64,000 nucleotides of DNA from Eledone cirrhosa (lineage: Eukaryota). The notes beneath the pieces were generated by a model. That model ran no database searches, was not told the DNA's origin, and saw nothing but the letters and a program-made list of their open reading frames with translations. The position numbers and the translations under genes were made by a program. This document shows positions 38,432 to 52,086 of this stretch, in pieces. The stretch's first letter is position 1, and every line of letters begins with the position of its first letter. The stretch lies in NCBI GenBank assembly GCA_964016885.1, contig OZ024740.1, positions 80,538,001 to 80,602,000 of the forward strand, read 5' to 3'.

Positions 38432-39616
38432 GTCCTCCTTTTCTTCTTTTCATATATGTGATATAAATATTTTATAATTCTATCTTTCGAATTCTCCTTT
38501 TATCTTTAAGTGCTGCATTTGAACAGGTTTGCAGTTTCACATGTCTGTTTAGTAATTTTCTTGTATTTTTCAGGCTCTTCTTAAGTGCATTTCTAGCTTT
38601 AATATCTCTGCAGTTTTTCTCCATTGTTCTATTCAAAACAAAACATTCCTTTTATCACTCTTTATGTTTTCCGACAATCCGTTTTGTTTTGTTTACAATC
38701 GATTCATTTTTATTTTATTAATAGAATTTGTTTACACTGGAGGTGAACATTTTAAACTGTGTTCAATGTTAATTTTTTTTAGGAGGGTGAATGTTTTGTT
38801 TGTTAATTTTTCTTTGATCCCTTGTGAAAGATTAAATAGAATTATTTTACATTATGTGTATTTTTATGTTATATCAGTTTATTCTGAATTCTTTTTTGAT
38901 TTTAAAACATATTTGGCAAAACGTCTCTCTTACAAATCTTTTAGTTGCATTATATTAGTTTTTTTTCTTTCCTGATGGCACAACTAAAAGAAGTGTTTCC
39001 TTCCTTTCATTTACTTTCTGCCTTTACCATTTTGTCCTCGTTCTATTCGGTAGGAGTTCAGCCTTCTGTTGTAAGTTTCAAGCTGGTATCAGGTGATATT
39101 ACGAATGAATGTACGTATTGCACAATATGTTATTTTCTCAATTCTAAAGCTTTGTAACCATTCTTTATTATAAAGTCATACTTTGTTTTTAAGAATTAAA
39201 TTACATTATAAAACATTCTCTTTCCTTGTAAACAAAGGTTTTATATTGTCGACATCCTTTGATATATATTTCTCCCAAACTTGTATGAACGCAGTACAGC
39301 TAAATAGCGAAGAAGTTCGTTTCATTATCAGAAGGATTAGGTTTCGTTCCTATTGGGCAGCTTTGATCATAGAAACGTGTTGACTCAAAGCTTGTGAATG
39401 AAATTAGGTAGACAGAGCTATTTCAAAGCCTCTTGGATTGAGTCTACCTGCGATCCAAATGTTCAGCCGTGTGTTATGCTGAATCTCATCGAGAATTACG
39501 ATAAGTACACGTGTCTGTTAAATACGGAGCTATTTAAAAGTCAATTTTATTAGTAGGCTGTTCAGGTGAACAAATAACTGGAACATATTTTGTAGAATGA
39601 TATATATATTCTTCTA

Positions 39617-39835
39617 GAGGGTTGGATTAGCAGTATAGGTAAAACGTCGAACGCCATGCTTTGTAGTATAGGGTCACGGCAGTATAAGGCCTGAGTTCAA
39701 ATCCCGTCCAGGTTAGCTTTACCTTTCATCCTTACGAGGTTGATGAAATAAAGCACCAGTAATGCACTGGAGTCGATTTAATTGACTTACCCCTACCCCA
39801 AGATTGCTGACCCTGTAGTTAAAGTAGAAATAATT
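39617..39835 (+). mobile_element. tRNA-derived SINE, longer variant
   Basis: B-box GAGTTCAAATCC, the same core, plus an extra GTCGATTTAATTGAC hairpin. Confidence 0.85.
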
Positions 39836-41664
39836 ATATTAGTTGTGAAATGTACAAGAGATAACTCTTACATATTTCCAATCTTGCTAGACTTTAGCGG
39901 AAAATTGATGAGAAAAATAGATATATAATATTGTACAGGTGTAGGTGTGAAAAGTAGCATATTTTAGAGAAAGAAAATGATGCTAAAAATAATTACAGAA
40001 CATCAAACATATAAAATAACAGTAACCAAGTTAGTGTTATTTTTAATGCTGTGAGCATTAAAGAATAATTAGACTTACTCGTTACTATGTGGTGAGAGAA
40101 AGACAGTACTGTCCAATTAATATTGTGTTAATAATTCCAGAATGAATGGGATAGAACAGAGCTCATGATGGTTTTGTTTAGCTGCAAGATGATCGAATGA
40201 TCATAGGCTTTACAATTGTAAAGACATAGAATATTTAGGAATAGAGTATAAGATGATTTCATGTCCATAGACAGCAGGATGTAGTTTCAGGCTGTTATTT
40301 CTAGCAGTCTTCATTGAAGCTTCGCTGTAACATTTAGAGATCAAGTCATTTCGATATCAATAACGCTACAGATTATTGGATACTTTCAAAGGCTATATGG
40401 GTTTGTTTCATTTTACGTATTATTTGTTTGTTTCATATTTGTTATTGTTTTTTTTTTTTATTTAGAATTAGTAAATTTATCATCAAAGGTCGTGTCTACT
40501 ATGTCTTATTTTATGTTCAATGCCTCCATTTCGAAGTCAACATCGTTTGATTTAAGGAAAATTTAACAATGTTTCTAATATAAAAACTACTTTATGTAGA
40601 TTTAACAACTATCACTACGGTGTAGAGGCTCCCTCTTTGTTTCGTCTCTTTTTCCTTGCTATTTTACATTCATTTGTTGCTAGGTGAATAGTTCGTGAAA
40701 CTGAGAGGCCTCCTTTTCCACGCTAACAATTCAGCATGCATTAGAATAAATATTTTCTGTCGTGCAGGCAAACTGGAACGAATCATTGCAATTTGAAGAA
40801 ATTGGTGATATTTTGTGTCGGCAAACAGTTCACAAATTTGAAATAAAAAAAACTGTTTTGCCGTACAGAAGAAAAGTCTGTCGTAACAGACATGGTTCTT
40901 TATCGAAGATTGATGAAATAAACATTCAACATTCTATCTCTCTCAGACGAAAATACCGCCTGGAACGGTAGATTTCATTGATTTCTTGTGACAAAATATT
41001 TTATTCCACTTTGCGAATATAATTATTTCCCTTTGCTCCGAGATACAGAACAATGATAGTAAAAACGTTTGGATTTATGATCAAGTAATATGTAACACCG
41101 GCATCATAATTCCTCAGTGGTTGTTCTAAACATTTTGAAATATATGGTGGTTATGCTGTGTAGGGTTCCAAATAAATTTTAATATCTTTCAAGAAAAATA
41201 GGAGAGAATGGTGTGTAGCAGATTATATTTTTAAGAATATCTTTTGAGCGAAGTCATAATGTGTTCTTTAGCTACAGGCGTCTAAACATAGTATTTCAAT
41301 TGTGGGCAATCATACAATTTACTACAAACACAATCAAACGATGTCGGAGAACGAGCATACTTTACATTCAGTCAGTGTTTAACACAGGAAGTGGCCATTT
41401 GCTTCCATTTTAATGGAATGTGTCAATAAATTTTACTTACTTATCTGACACTAGCTCTCATTGTCTTTAAATTCATCTGTTATTGAGAAAGATGCAACCA
41501 TTTTTTTTTTGGTTTTAAAGGTGGTTCCTTGCTAATCCATTTCTCTCACTACCTTTCAGACATTTTGTCTTATATAAAATCATCATCCTTTTTTATTCTA
41601 TTATAATTGACAGTCACTCGTTATATGTTCACACAAGCAATTTCACACATCCAAATTTCTCCAT

Positions 41665-41719
<55 letters not shown>

Positions 41720-42310
41720 GACATATATATATATATATATATAACGAAGGAGTTGTGGTAAGGAACCAGATGAACCATAACGCACCAGAGTACTCAATAC
41801 TTAGGGTAGTAGAGTGGGTAATAGGAAAATGTATGACACCAACGGCAGAGCTTAAGCCGTTTCGACGGCTATTTCTGGACTAAATTAGAATTTTTGGCCT
41901 GGTAAATAAATAGCCGAAGTTTTCATGGGGTACTTCCTCATATGGGAAGATTGTAGTTGTCAAGAGGATTGGTCAAAATTTCTTGTAAACACAATTAAGT
42001 CTATCATGGTAGTGGGTGGGAGGTGGGGTGGCTGAACTTGCCTGTAGAACAATGAGGAAGTGGGTGGAGCCGGTCAATCGTTGAAAGTGAAATCTATACA
42101 GAAAGTTCTACGGATTGTGTATGAAAGTAGGCCAGAGGAAGGACGCGAAAACAGATTCTGGAGAAAATAGAGGAGGACCGTTACAGAATAGGTAAATCAA
42201 TTGAGATTTGGAGACAATAAACAAATAATAGAAAGATATATAAACATATAAAATTGGATAGTAAGAAGTGATAAGAAACAAAACTGTGGAGTCTAAAACA
42301 GCTGCTATAA

Positions 42311-42950
42311 TTTTGCTTTTGATTATTTTGTGTTTCAAGTGCTTTTTTAACTCTTGAGTCTTGTTTCAATAGTGGGATGTTCCTATGAATAATTTTGTAT
42401 GCTTCCGTATTTCTTGAAGCACATAAAATAATCAAAAGCAAAGGGCAACCTAAAACCAATAAAAACATTATTCTCTAATGCCAAATTACACACCACAAAC
42501 ACAAAACCAACTGTCAGAAAATGTGGTCGCTCTAATTGCGGAACTTGCACTCACCACATTGAAAGCACCATGTATACATTTCAATCAGGACAACATTTTG
42601 TTGTAAAAAATCACTTCACTTGCTCAACAAAAAATATAATTTATGCCATTAAATGTAAAGGATGTAATGAAGATTATATAGGGGAAACTAAACTCACGCT
42701 CAGAAACAGGATGATAATTCATCGCCAACAATTATGAGATCCTACCACAGACAGACACTACTCAGTGTACATATAGTCATATGCGCAAGCAATAAGACAC
42801 CCATATTCCAAGTCTTCCCACTTTATCTTTGCACTGACAATACAACCGTATACGAATAAATAAGGAAAATATGTTTATTCAAAAATATAAACCAGCATTA
42901 AATATAGTTTAATATACATTAATATGTTAACACCATAACATGCTAATCAT

Positions 42951-42988
<38 letters not shown>

Positions 42989-43001
42989 ACACACAAACAC
43001 A

Positions 43002-43081
<80 letters not shown>

Positions 43082-43879
43082 ACATCCTCTTCTATATTCG
43101 AAAATAAAAGACCAGAGCTAAATATACTTTAACATACGTTAATATTTTAACAACTTAATATGCTACCCCCGCCCGCATACACATACACACACATAACACC
43201 ATTCTCCATTTCTACCAATAGAATCATTTTCCTCCAAACACACACACATACATCTGCAGACAAATAAAAATATATATTCCTATTTTCTACCCTGCCGCCA
43301 CCGCCACCACTATCGATACAAACATTCAATTTAGTTCAATAGAAAGTCTAAATTTTGACGCCTCCGCACATCAACCATACTCACTGAACCAGAACGATTT
43401 CCCAAATCCCTTTTCTTTACCATTATCTTTTGTTTGGCACGAAACTCTCTATGACAAATCACGTGACTGAAAATGGCAATAAAGAAACACCAAATGTGAA
43501 CTGGCGCTAAATTTGATGAACTTATTCATGTGACAGTCATCAACGAACCAAATTACATTTATAAAAATATAACAATTGGAGCCACATTTTAATGTGAAAA
43601 TGGCAATAAAGAACACTCAAACGCGAACTGGCAAGTTGATGTACTCATTCACGTGACAGTAATCAACTAACGAAATTATAAAAAAAAATCCAAGAATTCG
43701 AACCACTTTTTTCTAAATAAAACTGAAGTAACATTCGAAAACGTACCAGATGCAAAAAAAAAACACAAATCCTCCATATCAATTCTACTTTTGAAAAGCA
43801 TAAGAATTGTGAAACCGGTAAAGGAAACAAATAAATATTCCTAAAGAAGACTCCAGTTGCATTTTCGATTTCTCTTCCT

Positions 43880-43880
<1 letters not shown>
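42311..43880 (+). mobile_element. Older family B Penelope copy (Cys-rich linker, GIY-YIG, pLTR with HHR)
   Basis: RKCGRSNCGTC...FTCSTKNIIYAIKCKGCNEDYIGETK at ~42515-42700; the 3' part matches 2451-3828. Confidence 0.9.
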
Positions 43881-43960
<80 letters not shown>

Positions 43961-44470
43961 GTATAATAGAAAACCAAAAAAATCAGTGATGCATCTGAAC
44001 TCAATTTATTGTGTGTTGCAATTGTTTCGTCGGCGGACAGCTCGAGACGAGATCATTGTGTGGATCTGTCTGATTCTGTCTAAACTTGCGGGCCCAGAAT
44101 CAGACAGATCCACACAATGATCACGTCTCGAGCTGTCCGCCGGCGAAACAATTGCAACACACAATAAATTGAGTTCAGATGCATCACTGATTTTTCGTTT
44201 TCTATTATACTATTTTATATATATATATATATTCTCTCACAGTGAGAGAATATGCTCCGAAATCATTAGACGTGTCCGTCAAACCAGCGGGTCCAGAATC
44301 AGACAGATTCACAGAATGCGCTGTCCGCCGGCGAAACAATTGTAACACACAATAAATTGAGTTCAGATGCATCACTGATTTCTCGTTTTCTATTATATCA
44401 TACTCTGCTCTGTAAGAGCATAGAGTACTCCACCAGCATACCGCCTATGGAAGCATCTTAGCTATCATCA

Positions 44471-44566
<96 letters not shown>

Positions 44567-44813
44567 AGAAAAGAAGGTGAAATCGAAAATGCAACTGGAG
44601 TCTTTAAAAAAAAAATATATATATTTATTTGGTTATGCGCAACCGGTAAAAACTTAAAAACTTAAACCACAACTGAATACTAACCCATACAATTACTAAT
44701 ACTCTTTTATTCCTAATTAAACCATTTTTCAACTGTGAACATTTTTCAACTGTCAGCATTTTCTATTCCGTTTACCAATATATAATAACTTGTGTGTTAC
44801 ACCTCTATTCTTT

Positions 44814-44878
<65 letters not shown>

Positions 44879-46080
44879 TTATTAAAATAACAGATTAAAG
44901 TTTAAGCAAAGAATCACTGCTTTCACCCTTTGGATTTTAGTCCTCAAATTTATTATTATTACTATATATATATAGTGATGTGTGTATTTCTAGTAAATAC
45001 AACACGTGCTGGCCAGTCGCTGATTTGATCTTGAAGTGTAAACACGGATTGCTGGAACTTCTTCCTTGTTGAAAATCCAAGTATCCACTTCTGTGGTTTA
45101 CCATCTGATTAATTGGAGAAATATATGTCTTTAATGGAATATTTACAGGGAAGATTAATCATATTATAAGGTATCTATTTTTGAAGTTCTGGTCAACTTT
45201 ATTTAGCTACCTACCTAGCTATGTGTGGTTACACACTAGTAAAAATTATTTCCTGTGATTATTCATGTTTATTTATATGTTAATCAATCTCTAGTTATTA
45301 TAAAATGCTCGGACCTACTCGTTAGAATCTTAGAGCTTATTTTGCGGGTGATATGGCGCATGTCTTTCTGGCATGACACCCATAATTTTGATTTAGATTA
45401 AATTCACTTGATTTATCTTAATTTTGGATATATATATATATTGCTTGTTCTTCCGGTATCTTATCTCTGTTTTTAGCCTAAGAAAATACCTATATGCGTG
45501 TATAAATAATAGATGCACATATTTATTTTTTTATATCCAATTGAGTTCTTCACGCATGGTTAAAATTATTGAAAAAATTAATTAACCCGCGTGTATATTA
45601 TTTTATTATTTTATATTTTGCGATGACCTCCCCTTTCCTCTTGATGGCAGTGTGAGGTTTCTCATTATGAGACTGCTGGAATTTTAAATTTCGCGGTCAT
45701 TCTAGCACGGAGGGGTACCATCGCTGAACATTAATATCGGTTTTGTTTTTTTGTTTTTTTTATGTCGATATTTGTCGGGCATCCACTGATGATTTATAAG
45801 TGCCCACCTACATATATTCCTACGGACTATGTGTAGGCTTCTACATAACCTGGACATTATTTTCCCAATTTTTAGAAAACTTATAATGAAACGATCGTTT
45901 GGAAAGAGAGAAGTATTTTAATTATTCTCATATAAAATAATACAACTGACTATCCGCAAAATACGTACAGTTAGCACCCCAAACACTTAAATTGGGTTTA
46001 TACTAACGTATAACCTAATGTTTGTTGAGTGAGACGGAAGCCGGTCGGAGTATTGCTTAAAGCTTTCTCTGTTAATGTAT

Positions 46081-46139
<59 letters not shown>

Positions 46140-46167
46140 TTTTATGTGTGTGTGTATTTGTGTGTGT

Positions 46168-46213
<46 letters not shown>

Positions 46214-46329
46214 TCATTTTCTTCTTCGGTCAATTATTCCTGAAAGAGTAAGAGTCATGAGGGAAGAGTCCTTAGACTCCCCTTCTAACGGGTCTTGTCA
46301 GGATTAACCATCTCCAACTGATATGGCCA

Positions 46330-47200
46330 GATCTCCAAGCGAGACCAGTCAAGTTCATGGATGTTATCCAACGTGCTTCTATTTGAAGATGATGTGAAAA
46401 TGCTAGCTCGTAGGAGCGAGATCGACAATCTCAAGTCCAGCCTCCAGCGCGCTTGGGTTGGTCCATTTACTGGGATTTATACTTCAATGTCGATAAGTGT
46501 TGCCATATGGCAGTGGGTACACCTTACAAGTCAGCTCTTACCTTCAACGGTGGCACTGCTCCTTTGAAGGAGGTTGAGGAGACTAAAGATCTTGGTCTGC
46601 TAGTCGACTCGTCCATCAAAATATTGCATTCAAGCCGCAAGCAAAGCAAGGAGCTCTCTTTTTCTTATTCGACGCTCCTTTGCCAAACTTACTCCAGAAA
46701 TTTTCAGGCCTCTTTATGTCGCCCTCGTGAGACCGCACCTAGAATATGGCATCCAATCATCAAACCCATATCTCATCCGGGATATCCATCACTTGGAGAG
46801 AGTTCAACGACTAGCGACTCGAATGGTACAGGGTCTTCATGAGCTGTCCTACGAAAGCCGGCTGCAGAAGCTGAACCTCTTCTCCTTGGAAGTCCACGGT
46901 TAAGAGGCGATCTCATTTTGGCTTACAATCTCTTCAATGGCCATTACGATCTCCTTCAAGATCTCCTGTTCACTCCGGCACTTGAAAGGCGATCTACGTG
47001 GACATGACAAAAAGCTGTTTCACCGCCACATTCGCCTAAATATACGGAAAGCTGCTTTCTTGATCCGCATCTCTGGACCCTGCAATCGGCTTCCATAAGA
47101 AGTAGTCAACGCGTCAACCACGCAAGAATTCAAGGCGAAATTGGACCGGTGTTGGACCACTGTGTTTCGGACTGTGTAAATCCCCCCCTCTCCTCCTTAC
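46330..47200 (+). mobile_element. CR1-type LINE 3' fragment
   Basis: Across frames: LLFEDDVK, FNVDKC, KDLGLLVD, VRPHLEY, LERVQRLATRMV, RLRGDLI. Confidence 0.88.
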
Positions 47201-47214
47201 ATGGCATTTGAATC

Positions 47215-48420
47215 ATCTATGTTTTAATTTCTGCCAAATATATTGAATTGAATCTTACTCGGGGTCTAGCTAGGGTCTCCTGTCGGTTGGTTTTGCTTAA
47301 AATCTGTCCAACGATTCTTTCTTGAGACATTATAGAATCGGAGCTCTGATCTTTCAATTCAGAGAAGTACAGCTCTACCTGGAGTGACTCTCTGATGTGC
47401 GAGCTATGCACTCTATTGAGTAACGTTACTCCATTAACCCTTTGGAGGAACCCCATTTTGGCTGCTTGTATTTGCGATCGTATTCTTTCGGTCATTGCAC
47501 GATTCATGACCATAAGTAAGGGTTGGCACAATTACCAAGTTGAAGATAGCAAGTTTGGCTTTTACGCCTACCTCCATTCTTCAGACTATTGAATGCTGAA
47601 GCTGGTGCATTGCTGCACCTGCTACTGCAATTCTTGCACTTAATTCAGTCTCCTGCCTTCCATCAATCGTGAACACGACCCTGATATATATGAACTTCTC
47701 TCCCTGCTTGAGTTGAACGCCACTCATATGTAGAGTGCACTGCGCAGGCTTCCTTGAGAGGACGAGTGTCTCAGTTTTTGTAGCATTTATTTTCATTCCA
47801 GCCATGCAGCAATTGGCATCAAACCTATTGTGAATGTCGGGGATCACCTTCTCTCGAGTTAATTAACACCCTGAATTCACACCTATCAGTCATGATATCA
47901 CTTCCAGCCCGACTGCACATGTCAATCCCGTTCATGTAAATAATGAACGGGAGAGGTCATAATTCGCACCCTTGGCAGATTTCGACTCCCACATTGAATG
48001 GTTTCGATTTAGAACCGTTTATCCTAATACAAATACTCGGGCATTCGTATAGAGACATTAGGGTAGCAAGGAGGTGACCATCGATCCCATACTCATGCAG
48101 AACCTTCCACAGCAAGTCCCGAGGAACGCTGACACATGCCTTTTCAAGATCGACAAAACAAGAATATACCTCTTGGCAATACTCACACAATTTCTCGAAG
48201 ACCTGCCGCAGTGTGAATATTTGTTCGGCTGTGCTGCGTCCGGGGCGAAAACCACAATGTTCATCAGATGGCTTGGATTCAACATCTCCCTGCAACATTT
48301 TGCCAGGCACTTAGCATAGACTTTACCGGGAAGTCTTAACAAGGAGATCCCTCTATAATTGGAACACTCTTTCTTGTCTCCCTTTTTGAAAATTGGGGTT
48401 ATCATTCCCGATTGCCATGG
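47215..48420 (-). mobile_element. RTE-clade LINE, RT portion
   Basis: PIFKKGDKKECSNYRGISLL, CGFRPGRST, FVDLEKA, GMKINATKT. Confidence 0.92.
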
Positions 48421-49830
48421 TGTAGTTGATGCAGCTACGACGAGGTGAATAAAGGCCGCCTTTCAAAAAGCCTAGTCTTCGCGGTTTTGACAAAGTTTTG
48501 TGGCTCTGATACTGTTGATTTGAATGGAGGATGGAAACTATATTATTCCGATGTGGCCCCAGAAATAACTACATAGGCGGGAGTTGGGATACTCAAAAGA
48601 CCCCAGCTGTCAGAATCCGTTATATACTAGATGGCACTAGGATGGATGATTTGCCTCTTGAAGTTTAGGCTGAAAGTTAAGTCTTTGTGGGTGGTACGAT
48701 TTTATGAAGCAAACAAGGAGTCCGAATATAGGTCCTTCCTTAATGAAGTCACTGTATCGTTTAATGTAGTTAACGCTGAGTCATATATCCTGATAGGAGA
48801 TTTCAGAGCACATATTGACATTGATCACCTGATATGGAAAGGAGTGATTGGAAGGAATGGTGACCCCTATCTAAATAGGAATGGAGAGGCCTTACAAGAC
48901 TTCTATTCTAACAATGGACTCTCTATAATGAACACATTCTTCCAGCGCAGAGACATCGATAAATATACATGGTATGAGGGGAATCAGGAGCAGGGATCAC
49001 TAATTGACTTTGTTATTGTTTCTTATCTGTTTGACTCTGTGCTGGATGTTCCTGTTAAGAGAGGGGCTGAGCTGTGAACAGATCACCATCTAGTTATCTG
49101 CAACTCGAAACTACCCAAAGCCAAAGAAGCCCACAACACTTGCAGATCCAGGGCGACCTACATGGCAGCATTGATGAATAAGAAAATAAGGACAAGGTAT
49201 GCAGATACTATTGCAGCCAAATTCAGAGAAATCCCTGAGCAAACTGAGGTCGCTGAGACAAAGTGGAAATTGTTTATCGCAGCAATTTCTGCTTCAGCTT
49301 TTAAATACCCGGTTGAAAAGCTCGGTGTAGACCCGGTTGTCAGGAGGACCCCTTGGTTCAATCAAGAGGTCAAAGATGCATTCCGAGTAATGAAAGAGGC
49401 TTACAAAGCTTGGCTTGAAAATAAGTCCTCCTTCTTGCACTTGCGGTACAAACAGGCACGAAGAATCGCAGCAGAGACAGTAAAGGCGCCCAAAGTTAAG
49501 ACATAGGTATTTGGGGTTATGCTAGAATCTGATTTCAGATGACCCCAAAAAGGTTTCTGGTAGACCATCCACCGACTTTGTAATAAGAGGCCCTCCTTCA
49601 CACCTGCTATCAAGAACGCGTCTGGGTTTCTCCTCTCTTCAGAGAAGTGGATCCTCATGAGAAGGAAAGAATACTTTGCTGATCTCCTAAACCCGATCAC
49701 ATACGAGGTGCATCTGGGAGCGGTGACTAATCTCACAGTATTCGGAGAAGTTAAAGAGCTCAGATAGAGAAGGTAGTTCCTGACTGACTCATATGTACCG
49801 GATGACCTGGATCTCTGGAAAGGCACCTAA
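48421..49830 (+). mobile_element. RTE-clade LINE, APE endonuclease and linker portion (inverted relative to the RT)
   Basis: ILIGDF, NRNG, IMNTFF, YTW, SLIDFVIV, DHHLV, RTPWFNQEVK. Confidence 0.9.
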
Positions 49831-49890
49831 GCACACACACACACACACGGGCACACACGTGCATATACATATATATATATATATATATAT

Positions 49891-50675
49891 AAACGGAAAA
49901 AATGAAACGAAATTTCATTTCCCACTCTTAGTACGGCTGTTACTTAAATAAAAGTATGTACACGTACATACATATATGTATACAGACGTACAGTAGTATG
50001 TATATATATATATATATATATACATACATGCACACATATATATATATATGTACGTATGGATTCACGGAACATTTATTATAATGCTCGGTGTCTTTGTAAA
50101 CAAACATCCCGTATTAAGCCGTAGTGTCCAGCAACCATCGTTGCTCGTTTGTTCAACACTGACAAAGGAACGCTGTACCAGTTTCAAGCTTATTAGCTAT
50201 CGTCAGCAACGTATACCTTCTTGCCAGATTGTTGAACGTATATACTTATCTTATGTATATTAACGGCTGAGTAGCCCAATTTGCATATCGAGTGGGTTAA
50301 TCGGCCGGGTGCACCGAAAACGATAAACGGAAAAATTGAAACGAAATTTCATTTCCCACTCTTAGTACGGCTATTACTTAAATATAAGTATGTACACGTA
50401 CATACATATATGTATACAGACGTACAGTAGTATGTATATATATATACATACATGCACACATATATATATGTACGTATGGATTCACCGAACATTTATTATA
50501 ATGCTTGGTGTGTTTGTAAACAAACATCCCGTATTAAGCTGTAGTGTCCAGCAACCATCGTAGCTCGTTTGTTCAACACTGACAAAGGAACGCTGTGCCA
50601 GTTTCAAGCTTATTAGCTATCGTCAGCAACGTATACCTTCCTGCCAGATTGTTGAACGTATATACTTACCTTATG
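49891..50675 (-). repeat. Tandem ~420-434 bp repeat (1.8 copies), each unit with a hammerhead (family H)
   Basis: 49891-50260 is repeated at 50325-50675. Confidence 0.93.
50170..50212 (-). ncRNA. Canonical minimal type I hammerhead (family H)
   Basis: ACGUUG-CUGACGA-U AGCU AAUA AGCU U-GAAAC UG GUA^CAGCGU. The second copy at 50590-50632 has a GCA triplet. Confidence 0.9.
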
Positions 50676-50728
50676 CATATATATATATATATATACACTC
50701 ATCCATATATACACACACACCCATACAG

Positions 50729-50798
<70 letters not shown>

Positions 50799-51479
50799 CG
50801 AAGGAAATGTTGTAAGGAACCAGGTGGACCATAACGTACCACCGTAATCGATACTTTTGGTAGTAGAGTGGGTAATAGGAGAAGAGTCAAGACCCCGAGG
50901 GCGGATCTGAAGCCGTTTCGACGGCTATTTCTGAACTAAATTAAATTTTTAGCGTGGTGCTGATATAGCCGAACTCTGAAGGGGTAATTCTATATATGGG
51001 CATGCGATAATCAGGCATTTCTGAAGGTTGTTGTTGTCAAAAGCAATGGTCGAAATTCCTTGTAAACACTGTTGAATCTTTCATGGCGGCGGGTAGGGTG
51101 TGGGGTGTGGCTGAACTTGCCTGTAGTACATTGTGGGAGTGGGCTGACACGAACCTATGGAAAATGATACTCCTTCAAGCTGCCAAGAGGTGGGATTGAA
51201 CGCAATACCATATGATTGCAAATTGAACCTCTACAGCTTTGATTACAGGATATATAAAAAAGGACATGTTCTTACGCATTTATTTTCTACATCTCCGCCA
51301 ATTCTAAAGCTACAAGAAATATTGATTTCAAAGACGGCTCACTCAAGTATTTCACAAATGATATTCAAAAACTATTTGATCAGTGAGCATAAAATGAAAT
51401 AAAAGAACCAACAAACCCAAAGCAGATGGAAAGAATTACATTCCACTGAATAATAAAGCATTCGAGAAAAGGAGAGATT

Positions 51480-51742
51480 TCATCATCGTTGCCACTACCT
51501 CAGTCAGAATCAGACCGTCATCACCATCGTCAATATCGTCGACGTCATCATCATCATCATCATCACCATCGTTGTAATTGTTGTCCTCGTCATCATCACT
51601 ACTATCAAATACCGTTATCACCATCAACATTACTGTCCTCCTCCTCCTCATCATTATCAACACCATCATCAGCATCATCATCACTATCATCATCATCATC
51701 ATCGCCATCATCATCGGCATCAACACCATCATCATAACCATT
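51480..51742. repeat. Degenerate (CAT)n microsatellite
   Basis: Read directly from the sequence. Confidence 0.9.
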
Positions 51743-52027
51743 AAAACTATAGATAATATTGATAGTGTTGCCAGAATAAATCCAGAATTGTATAACGTGA
51801 GTTAATCGATAAGAGAATTTGACAGGTGCTTATGAAGATGTAGATAATGTAGATATAAACAGTGTAAATATTCTAACAATCTAACAATGAGATTTATAGC
51901 GGTTAAATATTAGAAGTTTAGTACGAATATCTCATCTCAGATATCTATCTACATCTTTAAATAGGGGAGATATTTTGACAGCTTACGGTTTTCTCTAAAT
52001 TATGGCAAAAATTACCACCAACAAAGC

Positions 52028-52083
<56 letters not shown>

Positions 52084-52086
<3 letters not shown>

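Noticed and set aside
38450-39170. Possible decayed transposase on the minus strand
   Set aside because: No recognisable motif in any frame I could read.
51436-51805. Poly-Met/Asp/His/Ser ORFs
   Set aside because: They derive from the (CAT)n microsatellite.
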